Assembly: GCA_973895155.1 (NCBI GenBank)
Contig: OZ316892.1
Location: forward strand, 9,714,283-9,778,282
Direction of reading: 5' to 3'
Source: Marsupella aquatica
Taxonomy: Eukaryota; Plantae; Marchantiophyta
DNA length: 64,000 bases
A program made the position numbers and the translations under genes. This document shows, in pieces, positions 1 through 11,650 of the stretch (within the stretch, counting starts at the first letter, position 1; each line of letters starts with the position of its first letter). The notes under the pieces were generated by a model. That model saw nothing but the letters and a program-made list of their open reading frames with translations, was not told the origin of the DNA and ran no database searches.

Positions 1-257
1 ATGTCATCATGCCATTGGTGCTTTACAACTTTATGTAAAATGATTTAGAGGGGTGATAAATGATCAAATTGCAGTTGCAAGTGATGTATGGCCCCCCATT
101 AGATGATCCCCCAAGCCTAGCTCTCTGACTAGCTAGATCCCACTTCAAAGATATGACCCAGAGAGAGTTGGCGGAGGTACAATTTGATTTGCAAGCTCTG
201 ACAGAACAGCTAGATGGTAGCTGTAGACTAGCTAGATAATTAGCATATTCTCACGAA

Positions 258-2054
258 CTAGCTCAATACCCGTGTGTTGCACAAAAGATGTCGTGTTGCC
301 CAAGATGTCGTTAAGGAAAAATATGCCGTGTCCTCTAAGATGTCGTTAAGACAAAAATATATTGTGTCGCCCAAGATGTCATTAAGAAAGAAAATGTCGT
401 GTCGCCCAACTGAAGATGTCATGAAGAAAAAAATGTTATGTCGCCCAATGTGTCATTAATAAAGAAAAAAGATATCGTGTCACCCAAGATGTTGTTAAGA
501 CAAACGATGGTGTGACACCCAAGATGTACTTAAGAAAAATGATATTGTGTCACCCAAGATGTCCTTAAAACAAAAGGATGATATCGTGTCAACCAAGATA
601 TTGTTAAGAAAAAAGATGTTGTGGCACCCAATATGTCCTTAAGAAAAGAAATGCCACATTGCCCAAGATGTTGTTAAGTAAAAAAGACGTTGTTAAGAGA
701 AAGTTGCATAAAAGATGGTGTGGTGAGAAAAATATGTTGAGGTGAAAATAGATGTTGAGGTGAGAAAAAGAAGTTGAAGTGAGAAAAATATGTCAAGGAG
801 AGAAATGTTGAGGGGAGAAAAAGATGTTGAGGTGAACAACGATGGTAATGAGAAAAAGAGATGTTGAGCTAAGAAAAAGAAGTAGAGCAAAAACTATGTC
901 AAGGAGAGAAAAGATGACGATGTGAGAAAAATATGTGAAGATGAGGAAAATATGTTGAGGGTGAGGGAAAGATGTTGTGGTGAGATAAAAATGTGAAGGT
1001 CAGAAACAGGTCAGATGTCGAGGTGAAAACAAATGTCAATGAGAAAAAGAGACGTTGAGGTGAGACAAAGAAGTCAAGGTGAAGAAAAGATGTCGAGGAG
1101 AGAAAAAACATGGTGAGGTGAGAAAAAAGACGTTTAGGAGAGAAAATATGTCGAGGGTGAGGGAAAGATGTTGTGGTGAGATAAAGATGTCAAGGTGAGA
1201 AAAGATGTCAAGGTAAGAAAAGATGTCAAGTCAAGTGAGAAAATATATCGAGGAGAGAAACAAAAATCAAGGACCTAACCATGTTGAGGGTGAAAAAAAT
1301 TGTCGTGAGATAAATATGTCCATGTGAGACAACATGGTGAGATGAGAAAAATATGTCAAGGCAAGGTAGAGTTGTTGTGGTGGTGTGCAAAAACTCGTGC
1401 ACTGCACATAGAAATTGGAGACTGAGATAATAGTCACCGCAACATAGAGTCCAAGCACAACCAAGTGACAGAAAAAAAATGTTTTAATTTTTAATTTTAG
1501 AGAAATTAATATCATATATATATTATTTATACTCAAGTTTTTTCAGAACTTTAAAGTTATTATCCAACTCTTTAAGTCTCAATTTTAGTAATTAGTTTTT
1601 AATTTATTTTCAATTAATGTTTTTTTTTTTAATCTTGGTTGGGTTTGGGTAAGCTATGGGTAGCTTGGGCAGAGGTAATTCACATTAACAGAGATATGGA
1701 TGGATCCTGTAGTTGCAGAAAAACAAAATTTCACTTAAGACCTAGGATTGTTCCCAGTTTTTCTTGATTTTATAAATAATACAACAGGGTTAGGTACCTT
1801 TTTTGTCTTTTGTTTCTATCATTAGATTCTTTTTTGTGTGAAAAGTGCATGCAACAGGGTTAGTTACGTTTTTTGTTTTGTGTGTCCAACAATTGATTAC
1901 TGTTTGTGGGAAAAAATTTCTTGTACTTTTTGGTTCACTCTATATTTCATTTGCTTTTGGTTTTATCCCTTCTCTGTATTGATTACTATTTTTGTTGGCA
2001 CTGTATTTTTGAACTACGACCACTGTATAAAAAGGCACAACCTTGTATTATAGA
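258..2054 (-). mobile_element. Non-autonomous Helitron (copy 1) filled with satellite-like tandem repeats
   Basis: On the minus strand it begins TCTATAATACAAGG (2054) and ends GTGCAACACACGGGTATTGAG-CTAG|T (258). This is a decayed version of the typical Helitron subterminal hairpin plus CTAG. Both ends are shared with the element at 8452-11907. No TSD seen. Confidence 0.75.
283..1365. repeat. Degenerate tandem arrays: ~35-bp AAGATGTCGTGTCGCCCAAGATGTCGTTAAGAAAA units, then ~19-20-bp AAAGATGTTGAGGTGAGAA units
   Basis: Directly visible periodic AAGATGT motifs; they explain the spurious low-complexity ORFs here. Confidence 0.9.
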
Positions 2055-3076
2055 AGTTAAGAAGTTAATGGGTGTGGGAGATTGCAAGCTTCAATCCCTA
2101 ATCTGGTGTAGATGTGAAGCACTTTCAATTTTCGCTGATATTTTGGTGGCCATATGCCGAGAGGTGGATCTAGGAGTAGGAGGGCGAGACCTGGATGGCA
2201 ACCCGGAGTCAACCCGGATGGCAGTGTAGTAGACAAAGAACATTTAGACACGTCAATACATATGGTGGTAGACTTTAGTGAAAATAATTGTATAGTCAGG
2301 AGACTCGGGGTTGAGTGGAAAGATCCTCAGGCTGGGAATGATCAAAGACAACAACTACTTGTGATAGGATAGGATTAGATTTGCATTGTGTGCCCTTGCC
2401 TTGAATTAAGTTTAGGGTTTTGTGAGGTTTTAGGTTAAGTGGATATTTATTATTAGGGATAGCACCATTCTCAACCAATCACATGACCCACAGAGTACTG
2501 GTATGACATCATTCTCGACCAACCAGATTCATACTCTTTGGTTGGAAGTTTTTCCTGGGGTTTTACCGCTCGTTCAACTGATTATGAGCTTGGAGTTTAC
2601 CTATTAAAATTGTTTCTGGAAATCTTTTTACTATGCATGAAGAAATTCTGGAAATCTTTTTAACTATACATGAAGCAATTGCTGAACGATTGACCAGAAT
2701 GAAGACGAGAAGAGTTGAATGGAGATTCTTGAAAGTGAGGTCAACAATAGACAGGTGAAGAGAGTCGGAAAAATCGTTTTGGCCCATATAATTTCCGGCC
2801 CATCGTTGATCTTGATGTATTCAGCGATTCATCCATGAGGCCTGGCTAACTACAATGTAACTGCAGTTAACACATGGAACATTTAAGATAATGCAAGCTT
2901 GTTTTATTGCAGAAGCTTAAACTTGAAATATTTACTCAGAGATTGATAATATAGATTCAATCATTATTCGCAAAACTCATATCTTTGTGTTTGGCTGAAC
3001 AATCTCTCTAACAAACCAGGTCCTTGTGACTCATCGAAGCAACCAAAATCGTTCGTGCAACCAAGTTCGTGCAAAA

Positions 3077-3885
3077 CTATGGTCCGCCGCCCCGAACCTT
3101 CTGCCAAGCAGCAACAAATTCCATATGGCCATCTTCGGAACTTGCAACCCAGAATCCCGTGTCATCGACTGTCCAGTAACAATCCGGCAAACAATCAAAT
3201 GTCATGCCTGCCTTACACCAATCAACGACGTCCTCGCTAAACGTGTGGGAAGTGAGGTCAAAATATCTGCACCATCAGTTCAAGTGACATGTCAGCCAAG
3301 ACATAAGATGAATGGAAAACATACAAGAAAATTTTATCTAAGGATGAGGCTGGAAAACCATCCAGGGAAACTAGTGGTAATCGGTGAACCATTATATCGA
3401 TAGCCTTGAATTAATGAAAAATCGTCAGGCTAGCCAGTTTGAACTCCAAGTTTTCGTCTCGTCTAGCGGACAACAAGGATGAGAATATATCAGAGCAAAA
3501 GGTCAGTCTTAGCTGGGAATCCACTATTGACAATACCTCTGTCAATAGTTATACACGCCGTTTACAAATGAAGGGTAAATTGAAATCCCCAATTATACAC
3601 AACGAAAGACACTAGCTTAGCAAAATGAAAAGTTAAGGTAACTCACGAACTGCCGATACATTTCACGTCCTCAGGAACTTCGAAGACTTCAGTGGTGCCC
3701 TGGGCCAACTTAATATCGGGGATAACTGTTCTGGTGTCATTGTCGTGTGTCAGGTATTTCCAGTAGACAAGGTCGTTGGTAGCACTATTATGCACATGGG
3801 TAGATCCGATCTGGCCGAGCCCACACTGCGCAAGGGTTGCCAGAACCAGGAGGAAGCATAGAGGTGCGTATCCTGTCTTGGCCAT
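3077..3885 (-). CDS. Small secreted protein, S-protein homologue (Self-incomp_S1/SPH)-like, 142 aa, 2 exons (3885-3647, 3266-3077)
   Basis: Signal peptide MAKTGYAPLCFLLVLATLAQCGLG. Donor TC|GTGAGT and acceptor GTGCAG|A are phase-compatible. Exon 2 reads YFDLTSHTFSEDVVDWCKAGMTFDCLPDCYWTVDDTGFWVASSEDGHMEFVAAWQKVRGGGP*, with an SPH-like CxxxCxWxVxxxG(F/Y)...W end. The gene model is firmer than the family call. Confidence 0.7.
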
Positions 3886-4375
3886 TGTGCCTTCGCTGTG
3901 CTGCAGATAAGAGTAGAAACTTCGAAGTGCTCGCAAGCTGGTCTCACTATAATAAAAAAGGGGACTGCGGAAGAGAGGTAAGATAGGTAAGACAGTGGAG
4001 GCCCGGAAGACATCCAAATCAGGAGCTACAAGAGTGAGCGACGAGCAGAGAATGGATCTGAATGCCAGACCAAGGTGTCTTATATAGGCAGAAGTAAGGG
4101 CTGGATGTTTGGACATTCGGGATAGGCTGAGTAATTTCATGTTTGGCGCCGTCCAGCATGATCGACTCTCAGCTGTGAGCACAAGCAGCGGATGATGCCA
4201 GCTCACCACCCCATAATTATATTATCCATATATACAGCCAGGTGTGTGAACAGGACTGGTAGGTGGAGGCTTCAGGCCGGGCCGGTCTGTATATATGTCC
4301 TTCAATGCTCCAGCCCTCCTAAAGATATATAATTCAAACTGCCAAAAAACCCTTGTTCACCAGCTTTCAATCTGA

Positions 4376-6900
4376 TCACCAGTCATCACCACAAGAACAC
4401 ACGCTATCTTTAAAATGGTGGAAGCGAATCGCATCCCTGGCTATAATCTCACGTCCGGTCACCTGAGAGATAAACTTGGTTGCTGTATGGCAATCTGAAC
4501 ACACCCGAAGGTTCTTAAATACACGAATTGCTTTTCCCTGAGGTATGCGCATAAGTCCGTACGCTATAGCCAATTTCTCACTATGAGAGCAAAGAGCTAG
4601 TTTTTTATTCTCCTCATCGATATTCTGCAACACAAGCTGGGTATCGGGGATGTAACCTTCCGTCTTCAATTTTTCAGTCAATTTATTCAGCTCAGTGTAT
4701 ATTGCCCTTGCTTCTGGGTGAGATGTATCCCCTACAACAAATTCATGAATCTTGTTACCCGCTTCAATCCAGCTACGCCCTGCCTCCTTCCGAACACCTC
4801 TCCCGTGCATCAGAGTGCGCACCAATGACGCCTTCTCCCACTTGCCAGCTGCATCATAGATGTTGGAGAGAAGCACATATGCAGAGGAATTATTGGGTTC
4901 CAACTTGAGCAGCTCTTTAGCGGCAAGTTCGCCCAACTCCACATTACCGTAAGTTCTAGAAGCCCCAAGCAGGGCTTTCCAAGTTACTCCATCTGGTTCA
5001 ACTGGCATGTCACTGATGAAGAGCTTTGCTTCCTCCAAGTGTCCAGCCGCCCAAGAAGATCCACCATGCAGTTATAATGCACAATGTCAGGGTCAACGCC
5101 ATAATCTTGAGTCATAGCTAAAAAGAGTCTACGGCCCTCGTCAAGAAGTCCTGCATGACAACAGGCTGCAACACTGCCTTAATTGAAGTCCCGTTGGGCT
5201 TCACACAGTCCGCATTCATTCTTCTGAAGAATCCTAGGGCTTCATGCCCACATCCATGTTGTGCAAGTCCACCGATCATTATGGTCCATGTGAAAACATC
5301 GCATTTCTTCATTTTGTCAAAAACTAGTCGGGCATCCACGCTGCCACTCTTTGCATACATGTGAATTAGTGCATTGCCAACACGCAAATCCGACTCCAAT
5401 CCCGCTTTGCTAGCATGGCCATGAACCTCCTTCACCCACTCCAACGCCCCCGGACTTGCAGATGCATTCAAGATGTTCACATACGTGATTGCGTCTGGTT
5501 CGAAACCTTCCCGTCTCATTTGGAAAAATAGTCGATATGCTTCCTCAGCGCGACCCTGTTCTGCATACGCGTCAATCATTATGTTCCATGTGACTACATC
5601 GCGTTTCTCCTGTCTGTCAAAAACTACTCGGGCGTCATCGATATTGCCACTCTTTGCGTACATGTGAACCAGTGCATTGGCCACACGCAATTCCGACTCC
5701 AGTCCGGCTTTGCTAGCATGGCCATGGACCTCCTTCAGCCAAACCAAAGCCCCGGCACTTGCAGATGAATTCAGAATGCACAGATAAGTGATTGCATTTG
5801 GTTCTTAACATTCCCGTCTCATTTGGCGAAACAGTCGATATGCTTCCTGACCGCAACCACGTTCTGCATACGCGCCAATCATGGTATTAAACGTGATTAC
5901 ATTGGTCTTCAATTTATCAAAACTCAATCGGGCATCATCAATGCTACCACTTTTCGCGTACATGTGAACAAGAGCATTGCCCACACGCAAATCCGACTCC
6001 AGTCCTGCTTTGCTAGCATGGCCATGAACCGCCTTCACCCACGCCAAAGCCCCTGCACTTGCAGATGCATTCAGAATGTTCGCATAAGTGATTGCATTGG
6101 GCTCCAAGCCTTCCCTCCTCATGTCGAGAAATAGTCGATATGCTTCCAAACCAAGACCACTTGCTGCGTATGCTCCAATCATTATGTTCCAGGTAATTAG
6201 ATCTCGTCTTTTCATTCTATCAAACAATAGTCGGGCATCATCTATATTACCACTTGCGGCATAGGCATCAATCATCACACTCCAGGTGATGAAATTTCGA
6301 TGAGTCAAGTTGTCAAAAGCTCGCCTTGCCTCCGTGATGCACCCACAATTTGCATACATCTGAAGGAGGGCAGTCCCTACACGCACATCTGATTCAAGAC
6401 CGGCATGTCGAATACACACATGAACTTCTTTTCCCCATTCTGGAGCTAATGGACTAGCACATGCCTTCAGGATGCACATATATTTGATGTCATTAGGCGG
6501 TCTACCTTCTTTGCGCATCAGTTTGAAAATTTCCAGTGCTGATTCAGCGTGATCACTCTTAGCATATCCTGCAATCATCATATTCCAAGTGACAACACTT
6601 TTCTTCTCAAGTTCATCAAAAACTCGACGTGCATGCAACAATTCCCCGCATCTGATATAGACATTCAGGAGGGTGTTCGCCACATGTGGATCCTTTTCCA
6701 TTCCACTCTCGATGATGCAGTCATGCACCTGCTTGGCCGCTACAAGGTCTCTCAGCTTCGAACACTTTCTCAGAATATCAACATACATGTACGAGTCGAC
6801 AGTAATACCTCGTTTTATACGAGTCTTCAAACTAGCAATTACTTCACCCGTGGTACCAGCACTGTGCACGTGCCTACTGCCACCGCCACCTTTCAAGATA
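4376..6900 (-). pseudogene. PLS-class PPR-E-DYW editing factor pseudogene (~18 PPR motifs)
   Basis: P/L/S repeats, E domain and DYW domain (HSEKLA, CSDCH). In-frame TAA at 5805-5807, apparent 1-nt deletions near 5168 and 5048 relative to the intact paralogue, and terminal DDW instead of DYW. The 5' boundary is uncertain. Confidence 0.9.
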
Positions 6901-8557
6901 AGGCTGGTGCCATAAGTAGCACGAAATTGCAATCTGCCTTGAGTAATGAATTTGAGCCTTGCCTTCACCCATGCTAGAGTTGACCAGCTCTCCACCAAAA
7001 GTGCATTCCTTATCATCTTCCCATTCAACCAGATGCTCTGGGCTTCCTCTGTAGGCACCACAATCCACAATCAGATCTAGAAAATTGGACTGGTACCAGC
7101 ATAAAAAGTAAGAGGTAAATGAAACTTTTTGGGTTTGTTGTTTCTGAAGTTCAGACGCTGTTTCTACAATGAAATAGATAGCAGAGAGGTAAGTCTTTGA
7201 TTCTGGGGCTCGGACACATACCTACCTCTGTCCAAACATAAATTTTCTTGTCTCCCTTGCTAAGCTGTGTTCCTTAGTACGGATAGCTTGCAAAGAAATC
7301 ACTCCGTTTTACTTAAGAGCAACGGCTGTCCTTGAAGAATCCAATGATCTTAGAATAGAATTTCCAATGATTTTAACGGGCGACCAGGTAGCTCAAACTA
7401 TCAATAAGCTCGTTCACTCTACAGTACTTGACTTAAACTGTATATCAAGAAAAGACAGTCTCAAGAAAAGACAGTCAAAAGCCTATCGAATTGTCACTGA
7501 AAACTCCATCGATCACAGCCATATTACACTTGGTTTGTTTGTACATAGAATTTGGAATTTGTAAGTTGCCAGCACGTCACTGTCCCATTCCAATCTGGCT
7601 GAAAGATCTCAGGTTTTTTATCCTTATGGTTTTTCAAAAGGACTCTACAATTCAGAAGTATAGCCTATCCAGCTAATTCACGTTGGCTCATTTAGATCCT
7701 ATCGGCATTTATACACGTATGACATGAATGTGATAGCTCCCGTCCGTGATTCCTTGCAGATACAATTTGAGCCAAAAAAATTCAAACTCGGAATTCACGT
7801 CTTCACCACAGGAGTCTCGTAGCAACAATTTCATGCAACCATATGGCACACGGCTTTTAATTTGAAAGTAGGTAATCATGAGATGCAAGAGCTCAGTGAG
7901 TCTTATTACCTGAAGACATTGTACCCAAACAACGCCTGGTGCTAATACCGATCACTTAGAAAGATGGAAGATATCAACAGTCTTTGTTGAGAACTCATTC
8001 ACACTCGTTCGGTACAAAATCTTAACGTCATGATCAATCCAACAATATCAGATTCATACAAAAAAATTGATTGTACCTAGCTGCAGAGTGTGCCCTAAAA
8101 CGGACCATATCCATCATCGTGTCCGCTCCGTTCCCGAGTCGGGAATAGAGCTGAAGCCCAGAGCCAAGAACCCCTCGCTAGGAATCTGGCCATATAAACA
8201 AACAGTACTAATTTCGAATACTTCCTTCACGTTACCAGGCTGCTCAAGAAACTGTGGCATCTCGGGAATGTAGACAGAAGTGGAAGGCTCCCTCGCAACT
8301 GACTTCGGTGACCTTGATCTCTTTGTGCATCCGATTGCAACGTTGGCTCTGACGGGGACCAGACCTCCAATTTGAAGAGTAGGCATCCTGAATACTGATG
8401 GCCCCAAAGCCAATCTTGCTTATAGCAAAGAATGCCATGTGAGAGAACAAACTAGTTCACTACCGGTGCCTTGCACAAAAGAAGAAGAAGTACTGTCGGC
8501 CAAGATTATGTAGTTGAGAAAAAAATGTCGAGTTAGCCAAGAGGTCATTGAGAGAAA

Positions 8558-10409
8558 TTAGTCTCTGGACCCCTTGTTCATCCAAGGAATGTGTGTAAAT
8601 TTGTTTTTCCTTTGAACAAAGATATGAATTTTTTCAGCCAAAAGGATTGGGGATACTAGAAACCCTGCCAATTGCCGGAGTGAAACTGCTAGCCGTGACC
8701 CTATAGGCTTGTAGTTACAATTATAGAGATACTAGTGAACGAAAAGGTAAACTGAAGGGCCATTTCTTCAGTCTGTCTCCAAAAAAGACTACTCTTGGGC
8801 TTCTAACGTGAAAATTTAATCTCTAATTTATTTTTACATAAAAGCTGATATTATTAGAAGCTACTATCTCGCTGGGGTGGTGGATTGCCAAAATTTGTAC
8901 AACATTGTGCTATCAAAATAGGTTTTGTTTTGTGACATTAGCTGAATTTTTGAAAAGCTAAGAATGTCAAAATGTTTCCATCATGTTCACTGGACACACA
9001 CACCTCAGACACGAGTAAACCTGTTGGTCCAGAGCTTTTTAAATTTCGTGTTGCTCTGCTTTGATTTGATAACTGAACATTGTAGTTTTGTGCATAGATT
9101 TTTGAAAAGGGGAAATAAGTCTCAAATTGTAATACATAGAAGATGCATTACAATAAGAGGCAGGTAGGAAACAACCCAATAAGAAACAACAAGCAATCCT
9201 CTAGACAAGTGCACCCGGGCCTGGTGCGATTGCAGCTGTCCGACTCAGAAAGTTAATGCTCTTTTGGACTCCTGATTACCTTGGTGGCCAAAGAATTCTA
9301 TCGAAGTCTCCAAACTAATTGTGTAAAACTTTCGCAACTAAGAATTGTATGCTTGATAGCGCTTCTTATCCATTGGTCCACAACAAAGGAGCATTATAAT
9401 TGCAAACTAAGACCGAGCCTACGCACTATTACTTGTGCAGGCCCAACTTATGTGAGTACCACCATCCAAATTGAAAAACATCCCATGTCTTCATCTCAGA
9501 AAAGCTTCCATCTTTGACTCTTCGATTTGAACAGGATAAGTAAGAAGTGACGGGCATGACAAAGAATCAGGCACCTGATCAGGCAGCTCCGTGACACGTA
9601 GCCACAATTGCTTATGACATCTCCTGCTCCAACCACTTGTCACAAAATGAGACACAACGAGTTGAATGATGAGGCTGCCAATGTTTCGAATGCACATCCT
9701 GTCTTCAGGAAATCCTTCATAACAAGCCCTCGTTGATCCTCCTGTGGACTTACAAGAGAAATACCGTATCCATCACAAATCCATCTATTTGCTTGGTATG
9801 GATGCAAAAATTTGTTGGCTTCAACATATCCTACTATACAACCAAACAAAATTTAGAAGACAAAGAAGCAATTTTGCAGAGCTTGTTCAATTCTCCATAT
9901 CTCTTGGATGGCTGATTATTGGTTGAAAGTTTAGAGACAATGGTCCTGTTCTCAAAGGCTCCTCATTGCATTTGGAGTGTCACTGAGATGACTACTCACT
10001 GATCCCAACCTAAAGGCCATTATCAAACCACGTGATGCTAAGGGAGGAGGGTCCTTAGCTTCTTTTGTTCCGACGGTTTTGTTTGGGCAGTTACAGGAAT
10101 ACGGTTACTTTTAATGTTGAACACTATTTATTTTTATAATTTTTTTTAAATGTAAGTAAAGGGATTATGGGTTAATGTTTTTAATCTTGTACTTTGTATC
10201 AATAGGTTTGGATGAATTACTTTTAAGTATTCTTACATTACGTTTTGACGGCACAACGTCCATAAAATTACACAAAAATTGACGTAAACAAGATGGAGAG
10301 GAGGTTATTCAATGCGCAAACATGACGCATCTTGTTTTATGCGAATGTTGTTGACGTGGCGCGTTGTGGAGTCTCGAATTTTGGAAGGAACCTCTAGTGG
10401 GGTCCGTAA
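8558..10409. mobile_element. Unclassified element nested in the Helitron satellite (left end TTAGTCTCTGGACCCCTTG, right end GAACCTCTAGTGGGGTCCGTAA)
   Basis: Cleanly interrupts a GAGAGAAA|AGATGTC satellite unit. Both termini and ~170 bp of the right arm recur at 20760-21342. Confidence 0.6.
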
Positions 10410-11650
10410 AGATGTCTTGTCGGCCAAGAGGTCGTGGAGAGAAAAGATGTCATGTCGGCCAAGATGTCGTTGAGAAAAAAAGATGTTGTGTTGGCCAAGA
10501 GGTCGTTGAGAGAAAAGACGTCGTGTTGGCCAAGAGGTCGTGGAGAGAAAAGATGTCGTGTCGGCCAAGAAGTCGTTGAGAAAAAAAGATGTTGTGTTGG
10601 CCAAGAGGTCATTGAGAGAAAAGACGTCGTGTTGGCCAGGATGTCGTTGAAAAAAAAGTTGTCATGTCGGCCAAGATGTCGTTGAAAAAAAATTGTCATG
10701 TCAGCCAAGATGTCATTGAGAAAAAAAATGTCGTGTCCGCAAAGACATCATTGAGGGAAAAGATGTCATGTCAGCCAAAACATCGTTGAGGGAAAATACA
10801 CATGCATTACACAAAAGATGTGGTTAAGAAAAAAGATGTTGTGTCACCCAAAATGTTGCTAAAGTAAAGATGTCGTGGCGCCCAAGATATTGTTAAGAAA
10901 ACAGATGTTGTCACGTCCAAGATGTTGTGTCCCCCAAGATGTCGCTAAGAGAAAAGTGTTGTGGCGCCCACAATACTGTTAAGAGAAAATATGTTGTGTT
11001 TCCCAAGAATGATGTTCTTATGTGAAAGATGTCATGAAGTAAAAAGATGTGTAAGAAGTCGTGTTGCCAAAGATGGCATGTTGCCCAAATGGTCATGAAG
11101 TAAAAAATTATGTCAAGTAAATAGATGTCATGTTGCCAATGATGTCGTTAAGTATTAAGATGTTGTTAAATACAAAATGGTCAATAGATAAAGTATGTCA
11201 TTACTCAAAGATGTTGTTAAGTATATCTCGGGCCTGATACTTGCGCATTGCCCAAATGATGCATGTTGAGGTGAGAAAATTTGTCAAGGTGAGAAAATAT
11301 GGCGATGAGAGAAAAACATTTCAAGCGGAGAAAAATGTGTCAAAGAGAGAAAAGATGGCAAGGTGAGAAAAATATGTCATGTTAGAGAAAAACATTTTGA
11401 GGTGAGAAATATGTCAAGGAGAAAAAAGATGGCAAGATGAGAAAAAGATGTAAGGATGAGGAAAAACTGTTGAGGGTGAAGAAAGATGTTGTGGTGAGAT
11501 AAAAATGGTGAAAAATATGGCAAAATGAGACAAATATAATATATATGTCGAGGTGAGAAAAGATCTCGAGGTGAGGAAAATATGTCAAGTTGAGCAAAGA
11601 TCTTGAGGTGAAAAGATCTTAATATGAAGAGAAAATGTCAAGATGAGAAA
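10410..11650. repeat. Tandem arrays of ~35-bp (AAGATGTCGTGTCGGCCAAGAGGTCGTTGAGAGAA) and ~19-bp units inside Helitron copy 2
   Basis: Directly visible; same family as 283-1365. Confidence 0.9.

Noticed and set aside
283-1365. CRISPR-like ~35-bp periodic array and short ORFs
   Set aside because: Units are contiguous and degenerate with no unique spacers and no cas genes; eukaryotic context. The ORFs are repeat artefacts.
3886-4209. N-terminal 108 aa of the 188-aa ORF 3643-4209
   Set aside because: Starts at a non-ATG codon and crosses a TATA-like motif (~4080); the signal peptide begins at ATG 3885.
5805-5807. In-frame TAA rescued by U-to-C editing
   Set aside because: This is a nuclear gene, the homologous position is hydrophobic (Leu/Phe) rather than Gln, and downstream frameshifts also break the gene.
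9200-9960. Possible transposase or RT remnant inside the nested element
   Set aside because: No recognisable catalytic motifs in any frame I could read.
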